From positions 1,366 through 65,365 of the forward strand of contig CAYWBI010000005.1 in NCBI GenBank assembly GCA_964456445.1: a stretch of DNA of 64,000 nucleotides, given 5' to 3'. The stretch is from an uncultured Calditrichaceae bacterium. Lineage in GTDB: Bacteria > Calditrichota > Calditrichia > Calditrichales > J004. Below the pieces are notes generated by a model, which made no database searches, had not been told where the DNA came from, and saw only the letters and a program-made list of their open reading frames with translations. Shown here in pieces: positions 50,733 to 60,434 of the stretch. The translations under genes were made by a program, and so were the position numbers. Numbering within the stretch: position 1 is the stretch's first letter; every line of letters begins with the position of its first letter.

Positions 50733-51329
50733 TTAATATAAAAGGTAAAGGGTAGGAAAAATCAGCATCCAAATTAAATCGCACATATGCCAAAAGGCAG
50801 CCCCAGTTTCTACATCTTCATGATTGGATGCTGAATACAATCCTTTTTTTATTTGAAAATAGAAAAAGCCTAAAAGAATAAGACCCACCAATACATGCAG
50901 TAAATGAAAAACCGTAAGCAACCAGTAATAAGTGAAAAAGGTGTTGTATTCGAGGCCAATCCCATGTTGGACTTTTTCGGAATATTCGAATCCCTTTAAA
51001 GCGATAAATGTGCCGCCAAGGATGATGGTTACTAATAATTTTTTAAGGGCAGCCGAATTGTTTCCTTTTTTTAGACCTTGCAAGGATTCTGCCATGAAAT
51101 ATCCGCTGGTCAATAAAATTATCGTGTTTATTGTCCCAATAGTTTTATTTAATAAATGCTGGGATGCATTAAACATTTCCGGTTGCTGGATACGTTGATA
51201 AATAAACGCGGAAAGAACAGCTGCAAAGGTAATAATCTCGACAAAAATTATCATCCAAATAAGAATTCCGCCGGGTGGTTCATAAATTTGAATTCGGGGT
51301 TTTTCGTCGATGTTAGATGTGTTTTCCAT
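50733..51329 (-). CDS. norE: Heme-copper oxidase subunit III-like protein NorE
   Basis: 198 aa, 5 TM, CoxIII-like pattern (...FWHMCDLIWMLIFPTLYL). Position in the nor cluster. Confidence 0.75.
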   Translation of the reverse strand: MENTSNIDEKPRIQIYEPPGGILIWMIIFVEIITFAAVLSAFIYQRIQQPEMFNASQHLLNKTIGTINTIILLTSGYFMAESLQGLKKGNNSAALKKLLVTIILGGTFIALKGFEYSEKVQHGIGLEYNTFFTYYWLLTVFHLLHVLVGLILLGFFYFQIKKGLYSASNHEDVETGAAFWHMCDLIWMLIFPTLYLLY

Positions 51330-51401
51330 TGGATTTTATGCTCTTATTCTTCAATTTGAATAAACGGTTCAACAATTATTTTGTACGATAGGTTGCAATA
51401 G

Positions 51402-53165
51402 TTACCCATGTTCGATCCGGTCATACAATTTAGTTAGCGCCTGTAATAACTCCACGGGACTTGTTAAGATATTGTAATGGTTTTCCCCAAACATTTGTGG
51501 CAAATAATATTTGGCTTGTTCTTCGATGGCAAAGGCAAAGTTGTTGATATGCTTAACCTGCATTTCCCGTAGTGCCTGTTTGATGTCTTCGACGCCATAG
51601 CGTCCTTCATACCGGTCATAATCATTGGGTTTTCCGTCCGAGAGTAGTAAGAGCCATTTTTTGCGGTTGGGATTTTTTTCAAGGATTGTAGTTGCATGGC
51701 GCAATGCCGGGCCGATGCGTGTATAACCACTGGCCTCGGCGGAACCGATCCGAAAACATGCTTTATGCCAGGGCTCATTAAAAGACTTTAAGGTAACATA
51801 AGTTGTGTTGTTGCGGGTTTTGGAGTAAAAACCGTCAATTTGAAAATCAATACCGTATTCATCTAAGACTTCGCCGATCAAAATGGAAATTTGTTTTTCG
51901 ACATCGATGATCCGGTTACCATTGGCATATGCATCACTGGAAAGACTCAGGTCCAGAAGAAAAAGGAGGGATAGTTCTTTTTCTTGTTTACGTTTTGAAA
52001 AATAGAGCTTTTCACTTGGCGTTCGTCTGGCCTTGACATCTGAAAAAAGATCGACAACCGCATCAATATCTATGATGTCCCCACTGGATTGACGGCGCAC
52101 CTGTTCCCATCTGTTATTAAGCCGGGCAAAGGTCTTTTTTAGTGAAAGAAGCAGCGAGCGGTTTTGCTCGATGGTCTTCCGATAGTATTCACTGTTGGGT
52201 TTAACCAGTTTTTTGGGGAACACCTTACAATAATCCAAACGGTACCTTCTTCTGGAAAAATCCCATTCCGGATAGGTGTAATGGAAGGCGCTGTCTGCAA
52301 AGGAAACACTTTCGGCAATGGTCCCACCAGTGGAAAATTCGGCCTGATACAAAGAATGGACCGGATCGTCCACCCGTACCAAATGTTTTAGGTTGTATTG
52401 CTGAACGGCCTCCAGATCATTTTGCAGGGAATCATCCCCATCAAAATCACGCCAGACCCCATCAAACTCTTCAACAGTATCTACCTTTTCAAAGTTATGG
52501 GTCATTACATAATCTTCCTGGGCCTTTTTGTCCACCTGTATAATTTCCACATCATCGGCTTTTCTGGCCTGGATGACCGTTTCCATCTCCTGAACAAGAG
52601 CCTTGAGGGCCTTTTTGTTTATGTTCTTTAAACGGTCGTTTTTTTCAGGAATGGAAATGTTGCGCAACAAGCGGCCATACAACCAGCTATAATCCTTGCC
52701 GGGGTTTGGATCGGATTCGTTAATCGGCAGTGCGTCGCTCAGACGTTGATAAATATCGCGCAGACCGGGGAATTCATAAAAAAGTGCCGGTAAAATTTCC
52801 CCCGATGCCTTTTGAGCGGCTGCGCGGGATTCAGCAATGGTTCGTTGGGACGATTCGGGCCAGTTGATAGAAAGTTTTTTTTGGATGGCCAGATAGAGCA
52901 CACGAAAAATGTAAAATTCAATGTTCATCCTGATATTTGGAAAAAATCCGCCTGTTTTCGGTAGATAAAAAGTATCGGCCTGCCAACCGCCTTCCCGTTC
53001 GGATGTTTGTATGTCAATTGCACTGCCGCTGGCTGCCCGGGCAAGAAGGGAAAGCTTAGAGATAATACTGTTCAAGGGAACGGCATGTTCAGAAAGACCA
53101 TGTTGTTTCTTTTGGCGGGTAAAGAAGTTATAAATTTTTTGAAAAACAACCTGATCAAATTCCAT
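51402..53165 (-). CDS. norD: Nitric oxide reductase activation protein NorD (VWA domain)
   Basis: 587 aa. C-terminal von Willebrand A domain with MIDAS-type LLDLSLSS (DxSxS) and ...LLLSDGKPND. Follows norQ. Confidence 0.85.
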   Translation of the reverse strand: MEFDQVVFQKIYNFFTRQKKQHGLSEHAVPLNSIISKLSLLARAASGSAIDIQTSEREGGWQADTFYLPKTGGFFPNIRMNIEFYIFRVLYLAIQKKLSINWPESSQRTIAESRAAAQKASGEILPALFYEFPGLRDIYQRLSDALPINESDPNPGKDYSWLYGRLLRNISIPEKNDRLKNINKKALKALVQEMETVIQARKADDVEIIQVDKKAQEDYVMTHNFEKVDTVEEFDGVWRDFDGDDSLQNDLEAVQQYNLKHLVRVDDPVHSLYQAEFSTGGTIAESVSFADSAFHYTYPEWDFSRRRYRLDYCKVFPKKLVKPNSEYYRKTIEQNRSLLLSLKKTFARLNNRWEQVRRQSSGDIIDIDAVVDLFSDVKARRTPSEKLYFSKRKQEKELSLLFLLDLSLSSDAYANGNRIIDVEKQISILIGEVLDEYGIDFQIDGFYSKTRNNTTYVTLKSFNEPWHKACFRIGSAEASGYTRIGPALRHATTILEKNPNRKKWLLLLSDGKPNDYDRYEGRYGVEDIKQALREMQVKHINNFAFAIEEQAKYYLPQMFGENHYNILTSPVELLQALTKLYDRIEHG

Positions 53166-53181
53166 ATGGATTCCTGTACCC

Positions 53182-53964
53182 TTAAATCATTAGGGCGGTT
53201 AAATCCTTTAGGGCTTCAAGGACGTCCGGATCATCGGTCAAAGGTTCAACTATTGCGACTTCAACTGCCAGCCGCCTAGGCAGGCCCGAGTGGATCAGTT
53301 TTGCGGCATCCACCAATAAGCGGGTCGATACCGTTTCGGTTAAGCCAAGTTCCGTGAGGTTTCGGATTTTTATGGCAATTTTTATCAGCTTTGCTGCGAT
53401 GGCTTTGTCCACACCGCTCTCGCCCATAACAATTTCTTCTTCCAGTTGCGGCTGTGGATAATTGAAGGATAGGGCAATAAAGCGTTGGCGGGTGGAAGGT
53501 TTTAAATCTTTAAAACCTTTTTGATAGCCGGGGTTAAATGAGCTGACGAACATAAAATCCGGGTGGGCTTTTACCGTTTCGCCGATTTTATCAACATATA
53601 ATTCCCGTCGGTGATCGGTAAGTGGATGAATGGCCACGATGACGTCAGGGCGGGCTTCGGCGATTTCGTCCATGTAAAGCACCGCACCTTGCTTTAAGGC
53701 CTGTGTAAGAGGTCCATCGATCCAGATGGTTTCCGCCCCCTTTATTATAAATCGTCCAATCAAATCCGTAGCCGAAGTTTCTTCATGGCAGGCAACGGTG
53801 ATCAATGGCTTTCCAACACGATAACTCATGAATTGGACAAAACGGGATTTGCCCGTTCCCGTTGGTCCCTTTAACAGCAGGGGCAAACGGTTTTTATATG
53901 CTTGCTCAAAGACCTCGACTTCTTTCCCGGTCGGTAAATAAAACGGTTCTTCATCTATCTTCAT
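53182..53964 (-). CDS. norQ: MoxR-type AAA+ ATPase NorQ (CbbQ/NirQ/NorQ family)
   Basis: Walker A LKGPTGTGKS, Walker B VLYMDEI. The start is set at ATG 53964 (MKIDEEPFY...) because the listed N-terminal extension lies inside a terminator hairpin. Confidence 0.9.
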   Translation of the reverse strand: MKIDEEPFYLPTGKEVEVFEQAYKNRLPLLLKGPTGTGKSRFVQFMSYRVGKPLITVACHEETSATDLIGRFIIKGAETIWIDGPLTQALKQGAVLYMDEIAEARPDVIVAIHPLTDHRRELYVDKIGETVKAHPDFMFVSSFNPGYQKGFKDLKPSTRQRFIALSFNYPQPQLEEEIVMGESGVDKAIAAKLIKIAIKIRNLTELGLTETVSTRLLVDAAKLIHSGLPRRLAVEVAIVEPLTDDPDVLEALKDLTALMI

Positions 53965-53988
53965 GGTTTGGCCCGTCAGAATAAAAAA

Positions 53989-54019
53989 AGTTTCTTCCAT
54001 AAAGAACATGGAAGAAACT
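53989..54019 (-). terminator. Intra-cluster hairpin terminator/attenuator between norB and norQ
   Basis: Perfect 12-bp inverted repeat AGTTTCTTCCAT (53989-54000) / ATGGAAGAAACT (54008-54019) with a 7-nt loop. It is extendable by A-T pairs and is followed by TTTTTTAT on the minus strand. Confidence 0.7.
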
Positions 54020-54045
54020 TTTCAGATTAAATTTTAGAAAACAGC

Positions 54046-55407
54046 TTAATTGGTTTGTACGGCCTTAAAAGCCTCGCCTTCCACAATGGCGTCATCCGTA
54101 GGCATGCCAAATTTTAGGAAGTTAATAATGTACAAGATTATGCCCGTTGAAAACAAAGTTGCTGCAAGGATAAGTACAAAAAAGTGTGGATGCAATTCAT
54201 TTTGAACCACCATAAAATCCAGCCCGACAATTCTTTCCATATATACCTGGGCAACCCCTGCCGCGGCAAAAGCAGCAGTCATTGCGATCATTCCGATATT
54301 TGACAACCAAAAAGCCAAAATCCCGATGCTGTTGTCATATATTTTCCGTCCCGTCATGAGCGGCATGGAATAGCTGATAATCGCCAAAACGATGGATGCA
54401 TAAGCGCCCCAAAAGGCCAGGTGACCGTGCATCGCCGTGACCAGGGTTCCATGGGTGTAAAGATTTACCCCCGGTAATGTGTGGGCAAGGCCTAATAGTC
54501 CGGCGCCGATAAAAGATACAATCGCCGAACTTAATGTCCAGAATAAAGCCAGTTTATTGGGATGTTTTTTGTTGCCTTTACGGTACATCTGTATGGCAAA
54601 AAGAGTCATTCCCAAAAAGGCCAATGGTTCCAGGGCGGAAAAGATACCTCCGATGATCAGCCAATATTTTGGTACGCCAATAAAATAATAGTGGTGGCCG
54701 GTGCCCAGGATACCGGAAAGAAACGTCAGGCCAACGATAACATACAGCCACTTTTCAATAACTTCACGGTCAACGCCTGTAAGCTTGATAAGCAAGTAAG
54801 CCAGAATACCGCCCATGACCAGTTCCCAAACGCCTTCCACCCACAGATGTACAACCCACCAGCGGAAAAATGAATCAACCGTTTGGTTGTCGAACCAGAC
54901 CATGCCAGGTAAATAAAGCAGCGCAACAAATATAAGACCAAATGTTAGGACCCAGGCTGTCGTACTATGTTTCTTTCCTTTAAAAATGGTCATGACGATG
55001 TTATAAAGAAACAGGATAACATTTATTGCAACAAGATAATCCAATGGACGGGGGATTTCTAAAAACTTACGGCCTTCGAACCAGCCAAAATGAAAACCTA
55101 TAACCGCGGTTACGGCTACAACGGCCAGGCTCCAAAATTGCAAAAGTGCCAGGGGCACGGAAAAAAGTTCATTATCCGACTCGTCGGGGATGATATAATA
55201 TGCGGCACCCATAAACCCCGAGATAAGCCAGACGACAAGCAGGTTCTTGTGTGTGGCGCTTGCTGCATTAAAGGGGATCCATTCATGCAGAACGTCAAAA
55301 CCCATATGGGCAAAACCCATAATAAACCCGTAAATAAGTTGCAGGACGAGCAGTAACATACTAAAAGCGAAAAAATAATAGGCTACTTTTTGAGATTTAA
55401 ATTTCAT
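54046..55407 (-). CDS. norB: Nitric oxide reductase large subunit (cNOR type)
   Basis: 453 aa, 12 TM, heme-copper oxidase fold. N-terminal KVAYYFFAFSMLLLVLQLIYG...NAASATHKNLLVVWLISGFMGAAYYIIP typical of NorB. Confidence 0.9.
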   Translation of the reverse strand: MKFKSQKVAYYFFAFSMLLLVLQLIYGFIMGFAHMGFDVLHEWIPFNAASATHKNLLVVWLISGFMGAAYYIIPDESDNELFSVPLALLQFWSLAVVAVTAVIGFHFGWFEGRKFLEIPRPLDYLVAINVILFLYNIVMTIFKGKKHSTTAWVLTFGLIFVALLYLPGMVWFDNQTVDSFFRWWVVHLWVEGVWELVMGGILAYLLIKLTGVDREVIEKWLYVIVGLTFLSGILGTGHHYYFIGVPKYWLIIGGIFSALEPLAFLGMTLFAIQMYRKGNKKHPNKLALFWTLSSAIVSFIGAGLLGLAHTLPGVNLYTHGTLVTAMHGHLAFWGAYASIVLAIISYSMPLMTGRKIYDNSIGILAFWLSNIGMIAMTAAFAAAGVAQVYMERIVGLDFMVVQNELHPHFFVLILAATLFSTGIILYIINFLKFGMPTDDAIVEGEAFKAVQTN

Positions 55408-55421
55408 GATAATACCTTCGG

Positions 55422-55850
55422 TTAATTGACTTTAAATTTAGGTTTAGGCGGGAAACCGTTTAAGTCGCTTTTATCGATCCATTTAAAGAAGGATACAAGC
55501 GCATCTTTTTCCTGCTCGGTAAATTGATACTCTACCATGTGCCGGTTATGCAAACGCCAGCCACCGGGAAAATTTAACACACTTTTTATATAGTCCGGGC
55601 CACGTCGCTCGAATACTTTTGTCAACTCCGGTGCGTAATAGGCGCCTTCGCCTAAAATAGTGTGGCATCCCATACAGTTATTTGAATCCCATAAATGTTT
55701 ACCTTGCTTTACCTGCTCGCTCAGTCCCTTTTCATCGGTATGTCTTGGAACACCATTGACAAGTGTGTCAACGGTTAGTCCAAGAAAGATGATAAGGAAC
55801 AATAAAGTTCCGCCAAGAAAAAATATCTTGGCCTGTTTTTTGGATAACAT
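55422..55850 (-). CDS. norC: Nitric oxide reductase cytochrome c subunit
   Basis: The start at ATG 55850 (MLSKKQAKIFFLGGTLLFLIIF...) is preceded by GAGGAGG on the minus strand. Single TM anchor and CMGCH heme c motif. Confidence 0.85.
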   Translation of the reverse strand: MLSKKQAKIFFLGGTLLFLIIFLGLTVDTLVNGVPRHTDEKGLSEQVKQGKHLWDSNNCMGCHTILGEGAYYAPELTKVFERRGPDYIKSVLNFPGGWRLHNRHMVEYQFTEQEKDALVSFFKWIDKSDLNGFPPKPKFKVN

Positions 55851-56120
55851 TCCACCCCTCCTCTTTTGGTTTGATAATAGCAGTTGTTTTTGTCCGATAA
55901 TGTTGACCGAGCTAATAAGACAATATAGTCTTATATCGAGCAATGCGCAAGCGGGATATTCTAATCATGAAAAAAAAACGGTAACAGAGGTGTTCCTGTT
56001 GTTGCCCAGGAGCCAAATTTTACTCGTACAAACAGTTCCTGATAAAAACAAACGATCCTTTTCTCTTTTTAATTCCTGATGCCGACAGGCTGCCCGAAAA
56101 AAAGCAAAACATACAAATAT

Positions 56121-56148
56121 AAAAAATCCTGCTAAGGCAGGATTTTAT
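56121..56148. terminator. Terminator hairpin downstream of the SPFH gene
   Basis: AAAAAATCCTGC-TAAG-GCAGGATTTT, about 45 nt past the stop at 56194. The flanking A- and T-runs allow function on either strand. Confidence 0.7.
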
Positions 56149-56193
56149 TTAAACAGTGAGGAAAAATACAGTTGAAACTAAAACAGTGATCTA

Positions 56194-57123
56194 TTACGTT
56201 TTTGCTGGTGATTGTTCCTTTACAACAGACATGGCGGTGGCAACCATGCCGGCAATATCGCTTAAGTTGGAGGGGATAATCATCGTGTTGTTTTCCTTGG
56301 CCAACTTACCAAATTCCCCAAGGTATTGTTCGGCAACACGTAGGTTAACGGCATTAAGTCCACCTTCCTGGTTGATGGCCGAGGCAATCTCCCGGATGCC
56401 TTTTGCCGTGGCCAGAGCAATAGCTTCGATTTCTTTGGCACGTCCTTCTGCTTCGTTTATGCGTTTTTGTTTTTCACCCTGCGAACGTTGGATCAATTCT
56501 TGTCTGTCCCCCTCGGAGCGGTTTATCTTGGCCTGACGGTCCCCTTCGGATTCGGCGATAAGGGCGCGTTTTTCACGTACTGCCCGCATGTGTTTTTCCA
56601 TGGCGTCCTTGATGCTTTGCGGTGGCACAATATTGCGAACTTCATAGCGTGTCACTTTTACGCCCCAGGGATCGGAAGCTTTATCAACCGCGGAAACGAT
56701 TGCGCCGTTCATTGAATCACGTTCTTCAAAGGTGCGGTCAAGTTCCAGTTTACCAATAACGCTACGCATCGTGGTTTGAGCCAGTTGGGTCGACGCAAAT
56801 TCAAAATTGCTGATCCCATAAGATGCTTTCTTGGGATCGACAACCTGCAGGTACAGAATACCGTCCACTTCCACAGAAATATTGTCTTTTGTAATGCACA
56901 TCTGTGATGGAACATCAACCGCCCGTTCCTTTAGTGAATGTTTATAGGCAATACTATCTACAAAGGGCAGTAAAATATGAAAACCGGCTTCCAGGGTAGT
57001 ACGGTACTTGCCAAGCCGCTGTAATATAAAAGCGGATTTTTGCGGAACAATGGTAATGGTCTTTGCAAAAAGGATTAATACAAAAATTATCAATCCAATG
57101 ATCATAACACTTCCTGCGCCCAT
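56194..57123 (-). CDS. SPFH/band 7 (stomatin-like) membrane protein
   Basis: 309 aa. N-terminal TM, SPFH core (...IVPQKSAFILQRLGKYRTTLEAGFHILLPFVD...) and a C-terminal coiled coil with EGDRQ repeats. Confidence 0.9.
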   Translation of the reverse strand: MGAGSVMIIGLIIFVLILFAKTITIVPQKSAFILQRLGKYRTTLEAGFHILLPFVDSIAYKHSLKERAVDVPSQMCITKDNISVEVDGILYLQVVDPKKASYGISNFEFASTQLAQTTMRSVIGKLELDRTFEERDSMNGAIVSAVDKASDPWGVKVTRYEVRNIVPPQSIKDAMEKHMRAVREKRALIAESEGDRQAKINRSEGDRQELIQRSQGEKQKRINEAEGRAKEIEAIALATAKGIREIASAINQEGGLNAVNLRVAEQYLGEFGKLAKENNTMIIPSNLSDIAGMVATAMSVVKEQSPAKT

Positions 57124-57133
57124 AGGGCCTCCT

Positions 57134-57577
57134 TTATTTTAGTGGTTCTACCGTAAATTTTATACTTTCGCGTCCGGTAATTTGCACGCGTGACCCGACA
57201 GGTATATCTTCCGCTGACCTCGCCACCCACATCGTACCGTTTAATTCAATTTTACCCGGGCTATGTGCGGATATTTTCACGGTAACAACACATTCAGCAC
57301 CAATAAAGTCATCCTGTTCATCCATATCGTTTACGGTGTTCACGCCGAAGAGTCTTTGTAGATGACTGCGAAACAGCACGAGCAGCAAAACCGACGAAAT
57401 TAAAAAGATGCTAAGCTGGAGAGTAAGGGAGATATCGATAAAAAGACAGGTAATGGAAACAAGCCAACTGCCCAAGCCAAAAAACAAAATAAAAATACCC
57501 GGAAGGGGAAACTCCAACAAAATGAGAACCAGGCCAATAAAAAACCAAATAACTTCCGGTTTGAGAAATGTATCCAT
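57134..57577 (-). CDS. NfeD-family membrane protein
   Basis: 147 aa. Three TM helices plus a C-terminal OB-like domain (...GKIELNGTMWVARSAEDIPVGSRVQITG...). Canonical partner upstream of SPFH. Confidence 0.85.
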   Translation of the reverse strand: MDTFLKPEVIWFFIGLVLILLEFPLPGIFILFFGLGSWLVSITCLFIDISLTLQLSIFLISSVLLLVLFRSHLQRLFGVNTVNDMDEQDDFIGAECVVTVKISAHSPGKIELNGTMWVARSAEDIPVGSRVQITGRESIKFTVEPLK

Positions 57578-57712
57578 GACGACCTCTTATTGTATTTTTA
57601 AGCTATATGTTTTTGTTACGCTTTTATTCATGCTCAATATTACCTGAGACGCACTACGTTCAGTCATTAATATTATATCCATCAGGAGAATGTACCGCCC
57701 GTTGATACGTCT

Positions 57713-59110
57713 TTACCGGGGCAATGGTTGCGGTTTAGTACTTATAAAGATGAATTTCGTTTCCGGCCCCTGACGCACAAACAGACGGATGTATGATGTT
57801 TTATCTTTTTTAAGCCGGGCAAGCTCTTCCTTTAATGGCTGCAAAGCGCTGAGTTCCCGGTTGTTTATTTTTAGTAAAATATCACCCACACGCAAACCGG
57901 CCAAATCGGCCATGCTTGCCCGTTCCACGCGGGAAATCCAAAGTCCCTTGATGCTAAAATCTAATTTTTGGGCCAGGATAATATCCTTGGTTAACTCCTT
58001 GGCGCTAAAGCCTAACCAATAATCGGATACTTCGTTGGCCAGATATTGACTGATTGGAATGTCGGTAAGGTGAACCTGTGTGTGATAGGCTTTTCCTGAT
58101 CGCCAGAAAACAATCGGCGCTTCCTGTTTTTTATAGTTGCGCACCAAAGTACGAAACACATCCAGATCTGTATTTTTTTGCGCCGTTAGTTTTTTGCCGT
58201 CAAAACGCAGCAGAATGTCGCCGGGAAGAAGACCGGCTTTTTGAGCAGGGGACTTTTTTAGCACCGTATTTATCAGGATACCACCGCTATCGGCAATGCC
58301 AAAATAATGGGCCATGGCAACCGTAAGAGGTTGCATGTTTATACCGAACCACTTTTTGTGCCCTGGTTTCTTGCGGGTAAAACGTGGAGGGTGTTTAATA
58401 AATGAGGCAATGGCCGACGCCGGTTGGATTACAGCCAACCCGCCACTTCCACTAAAAAAATTTCCGCCAAAACTAAATCTGTTTTTGGATGGTTTTACAA
58501 TGGCAATTGGCCGATAGTGCAAATCGAAGACAAGTCCCAGCCCATAGGCGCTATTTGCATTTAATTCCGTAAGGTATTTTGGATGATGGTTTTCGAAGAT
58601 ACTGTTAACCTTACGCTCCTGGATTAAAAAACGGTTGCGGAAATTACTTTTTAGCATACGCACGATAAGCATTTGGACGCCGATTTTAAGGGTATCGTTT
58701 GTAAATTTTATGCCCTTGCCTTTGAAGCTGTTTTTCAATTTTAAAAAAGCAATCCCTGCTTCATCGTCCTTGCCAACAAAAGAAGCCCCTTGCCATTGGG
58801 CGTCCTGAAACCGGACCCGTATATCGCTTGGCGGATCCGGTGGTGTAAAATGTGCTGCACTGGTAAAATCCATACCGGCTTTGAAAATGAGGTTCGATGT
58901 CAATATCAGACCGGAGTCACTTACCACAATACCAGAGAGATGATGTTTCCGTTTGGTGTCGTTGTGCAAATCATCGGTTGTATTGACCTTTTCATAGTAT
59001 TCGATTTCGACCATATATTGTTTGGCTTGCCGTTGAATACCTTGCCAGGGGGCGTCTCCTGCAAAAAGACCGGAAAAAAACAGAAACAGAAACAGGAAGA
59101 TTTTAGTCAT
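57713..59110 (-). CDS. HtrA-like protein with two PDZ domains but degenerate catalytic triad (putative pseudoprotease)
   Basis: Start placed at ATG 59110. The trypsin-fold region aligns by eye with the neighbouring HtrA. The His motif TNNHVA is replaced by TSNLIF, and the Ser motif GNSGGPL has no recognisable counterpart: the only loosely similar stretches are AYGLGLV and SGSGGLAV. Two PDZ-like segments (...GILINTVLKKSPAQKAGLLPGDILL..., ...LWISRVERASMADLAGLRVGDILL...). Confidence 0.65.
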   Translation of the reverse strand: MTKIFLFLFLFFSGLFAGDAPWQGIQRQAKQYMVEIEYYEKVNTTDDLHNDTKRKHHLSGIVVSDSGLILTSNLIFKAGMDFTSAAHFTPPDPPSDIRVRFQDAQWQGASFVGKDDEAGIAFLKLKNSFKGKGIKFTNDTLKIGVQMLIVRMLKSNFRNRFLIQERKVNSIFENHHPKYLTELNANSAYGLGLVFDLHYRPIAIVKPSKNRFSFGGNFFSGSGGLAVIQPASAIASFIKHPPRFTRKKPGHKKWFGINMQPLTVAMAHYFGIADSGGILINTVLKKSPAQKAGLLPGDILLRFDGKKLTAQKNTDLDVFRTLVRNYKKQEAPIVFWRSGKAYHTQVHLTDIPISQYLANEVSDYWLGFSAKELTKDIILAQKLDFSIKGLWISRVERASMADLAGLRVGDILLKINNRELSALQPLKEELARLKKDKTSYIRLFVRQGPETKFIFISTKPQPLPR

Positions 59111-60434
59111 CTTTTTTTTCCCTCTCAATCAATGCAAAGCGGTTTTGTGAGCCAATTTTTAAAAAAAGGAGATGATCCGACGATGTATTTTTTAGCAGCC
59201 TGGTATATTGTTTTTTGAATGATACTAAATTTTCAACTTTTTTCCCGTCGATCATTTTGATGATATCTCCGCGTCCAACACCGGCCTTATCTGCTAAACT
59301 GCCTCCCTTTACGCCGATTACCAAAACACCGACGGCGTTGTTCAGACGAAAATTTTTTACAATACGCGCTGTTATCTCCTGTACGGAGACGCCCCATTCG
59401 GGGCTGTTAAATTCATTTCCGTTAAGTTTGCCCCTGGCGATTGTTGTAAGTGGGATTTGTCGAACAGCCCCGTCACGTTCAACCCGGATCACGGCTTTTT
59501 GCATCACGGGCAGCGCGGCCATCATCAGGCGGACACGGGGCAACTCTTCCCGATGAACGGCATTTACCTTTTTCCCGTTTATGGAAATAATAATGTCCCC
59601 TGGAATAAATCCGGCTTGCTCAGCGGGGGAATTTTCATCGATCCCGGAAATGAGTACACCTTGCAAATCCGTTTTATCCGTATAACGGCGCAGTTCCTTT
59701 ATTTCCTGTAAATTTATCCCGGTGTATGAGCGGTCCACTTTCCCGGTGGCAATAATCTGATTCACAATATCACCTACAATATTGGCCGGGATGGCAAAGC
59801 CAAGGTTTTGCCCAAAAACCACAGCCCTGGCGTTTATTCCAACCACTTTGCCGTTCAGGCTCACCAAGGGCCCGCCGCTATTGCCCGGATTTATGGCCGC
59901 ATCGGTTTGTATCCATAAATTGAAGGGCGAAATCATTTCTCCCACATCGTTAAAATATCGGTCGATAGAACTGACCACCCCCATGGACAGGGACCGGGCC
60001 AGCCCAAGCGGGGAGCCCATGGCCATTACAATTTGACCGACTTTTAAGCTGTCACTGTTTCCAAAACGGGCGAATGGCACCTCTTTTATACCGGCGGACT
60101 TTAAATCAAGCTTTAGGACAGCAATATCTGTCCAGGCATCCAAGCCGATTACCCTGGCCGTCACTTCCTTCCGTGAAGAAAGTGTACAACGGACCAGTGT
60201 GGCTTTTTCCGCCACATGGTTATTGGTTACCACATACCCATCCGCGCTGATAATAACCCCGCTACCGGTAACCTGAACTTTGTGTTTTTCTCCGCCCGAG
60301 AAATATTCTTTTACCGGCTGGATATGAACCAGGGCAGGAAACACATCTTCACGCGCCTGCAACATTTGTTTTTCGAATGATTGCCGGGCAAAGGCAAAGC
60401 CGATAAGGACAAAAGACAAAATAAATAGTTTCAT
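59103..60434 (-). CDS. htrA: Periplasmic serine endoprotease HtrA/DegQ family
   Basis: 443 aa. Signal peptide, catalytic motifs GYVVTNNHVA, DIAVLKL and DAAINPGNSGGPL, plus two PDZ domains. Confidence 0.92.
   Translation of the reverse strand: MKLFILSFVLIGFAFARQSFEKQMLQAREDVFPALVHIQPVKEYFSGGEKHKVQVTGSGVIISADGYVVTNNHVAEKATLVRCTLSSRKEVTARVIGLDAWTDIAVLKLDLKSAGIKEVPFARFGNSDSLKVGQIVMAMGSPLGLARSLSMGVVSSIDRYFNDVGEMISPFNLWIQTDAAINPGNSGGPLVSLNGKVVGINARAVVFGQNLGFAIPANIVGDIVNQIIATGKVDRSYTGINLQEIKELRRYTDKTDLQGVLISGIDENSPAEQAGFIPGDIIISINGKKVNAVHREELPRVRLMMAALPVMQKAVIRVERDGAVRQIPLTTIARGKLNGNEFNSPEWGVSVQEITARIVKNFRLNNAVGVLVIGVKGGSLADKAGVGRGDIIKMIDGKKVENLVSFKKQYTRLLKNTSSDHLLFLKIGSQNRFALIEREKKDD

Noticed and set aside
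53965-54009. MFFMEETFFILTGQT extension of norQ
   Set aside because: These codons form the right arm and T-run of the perfect hairpin at 53989-54019. The conserved NorQ sequence starts at MKIDEE (ATG 53964).
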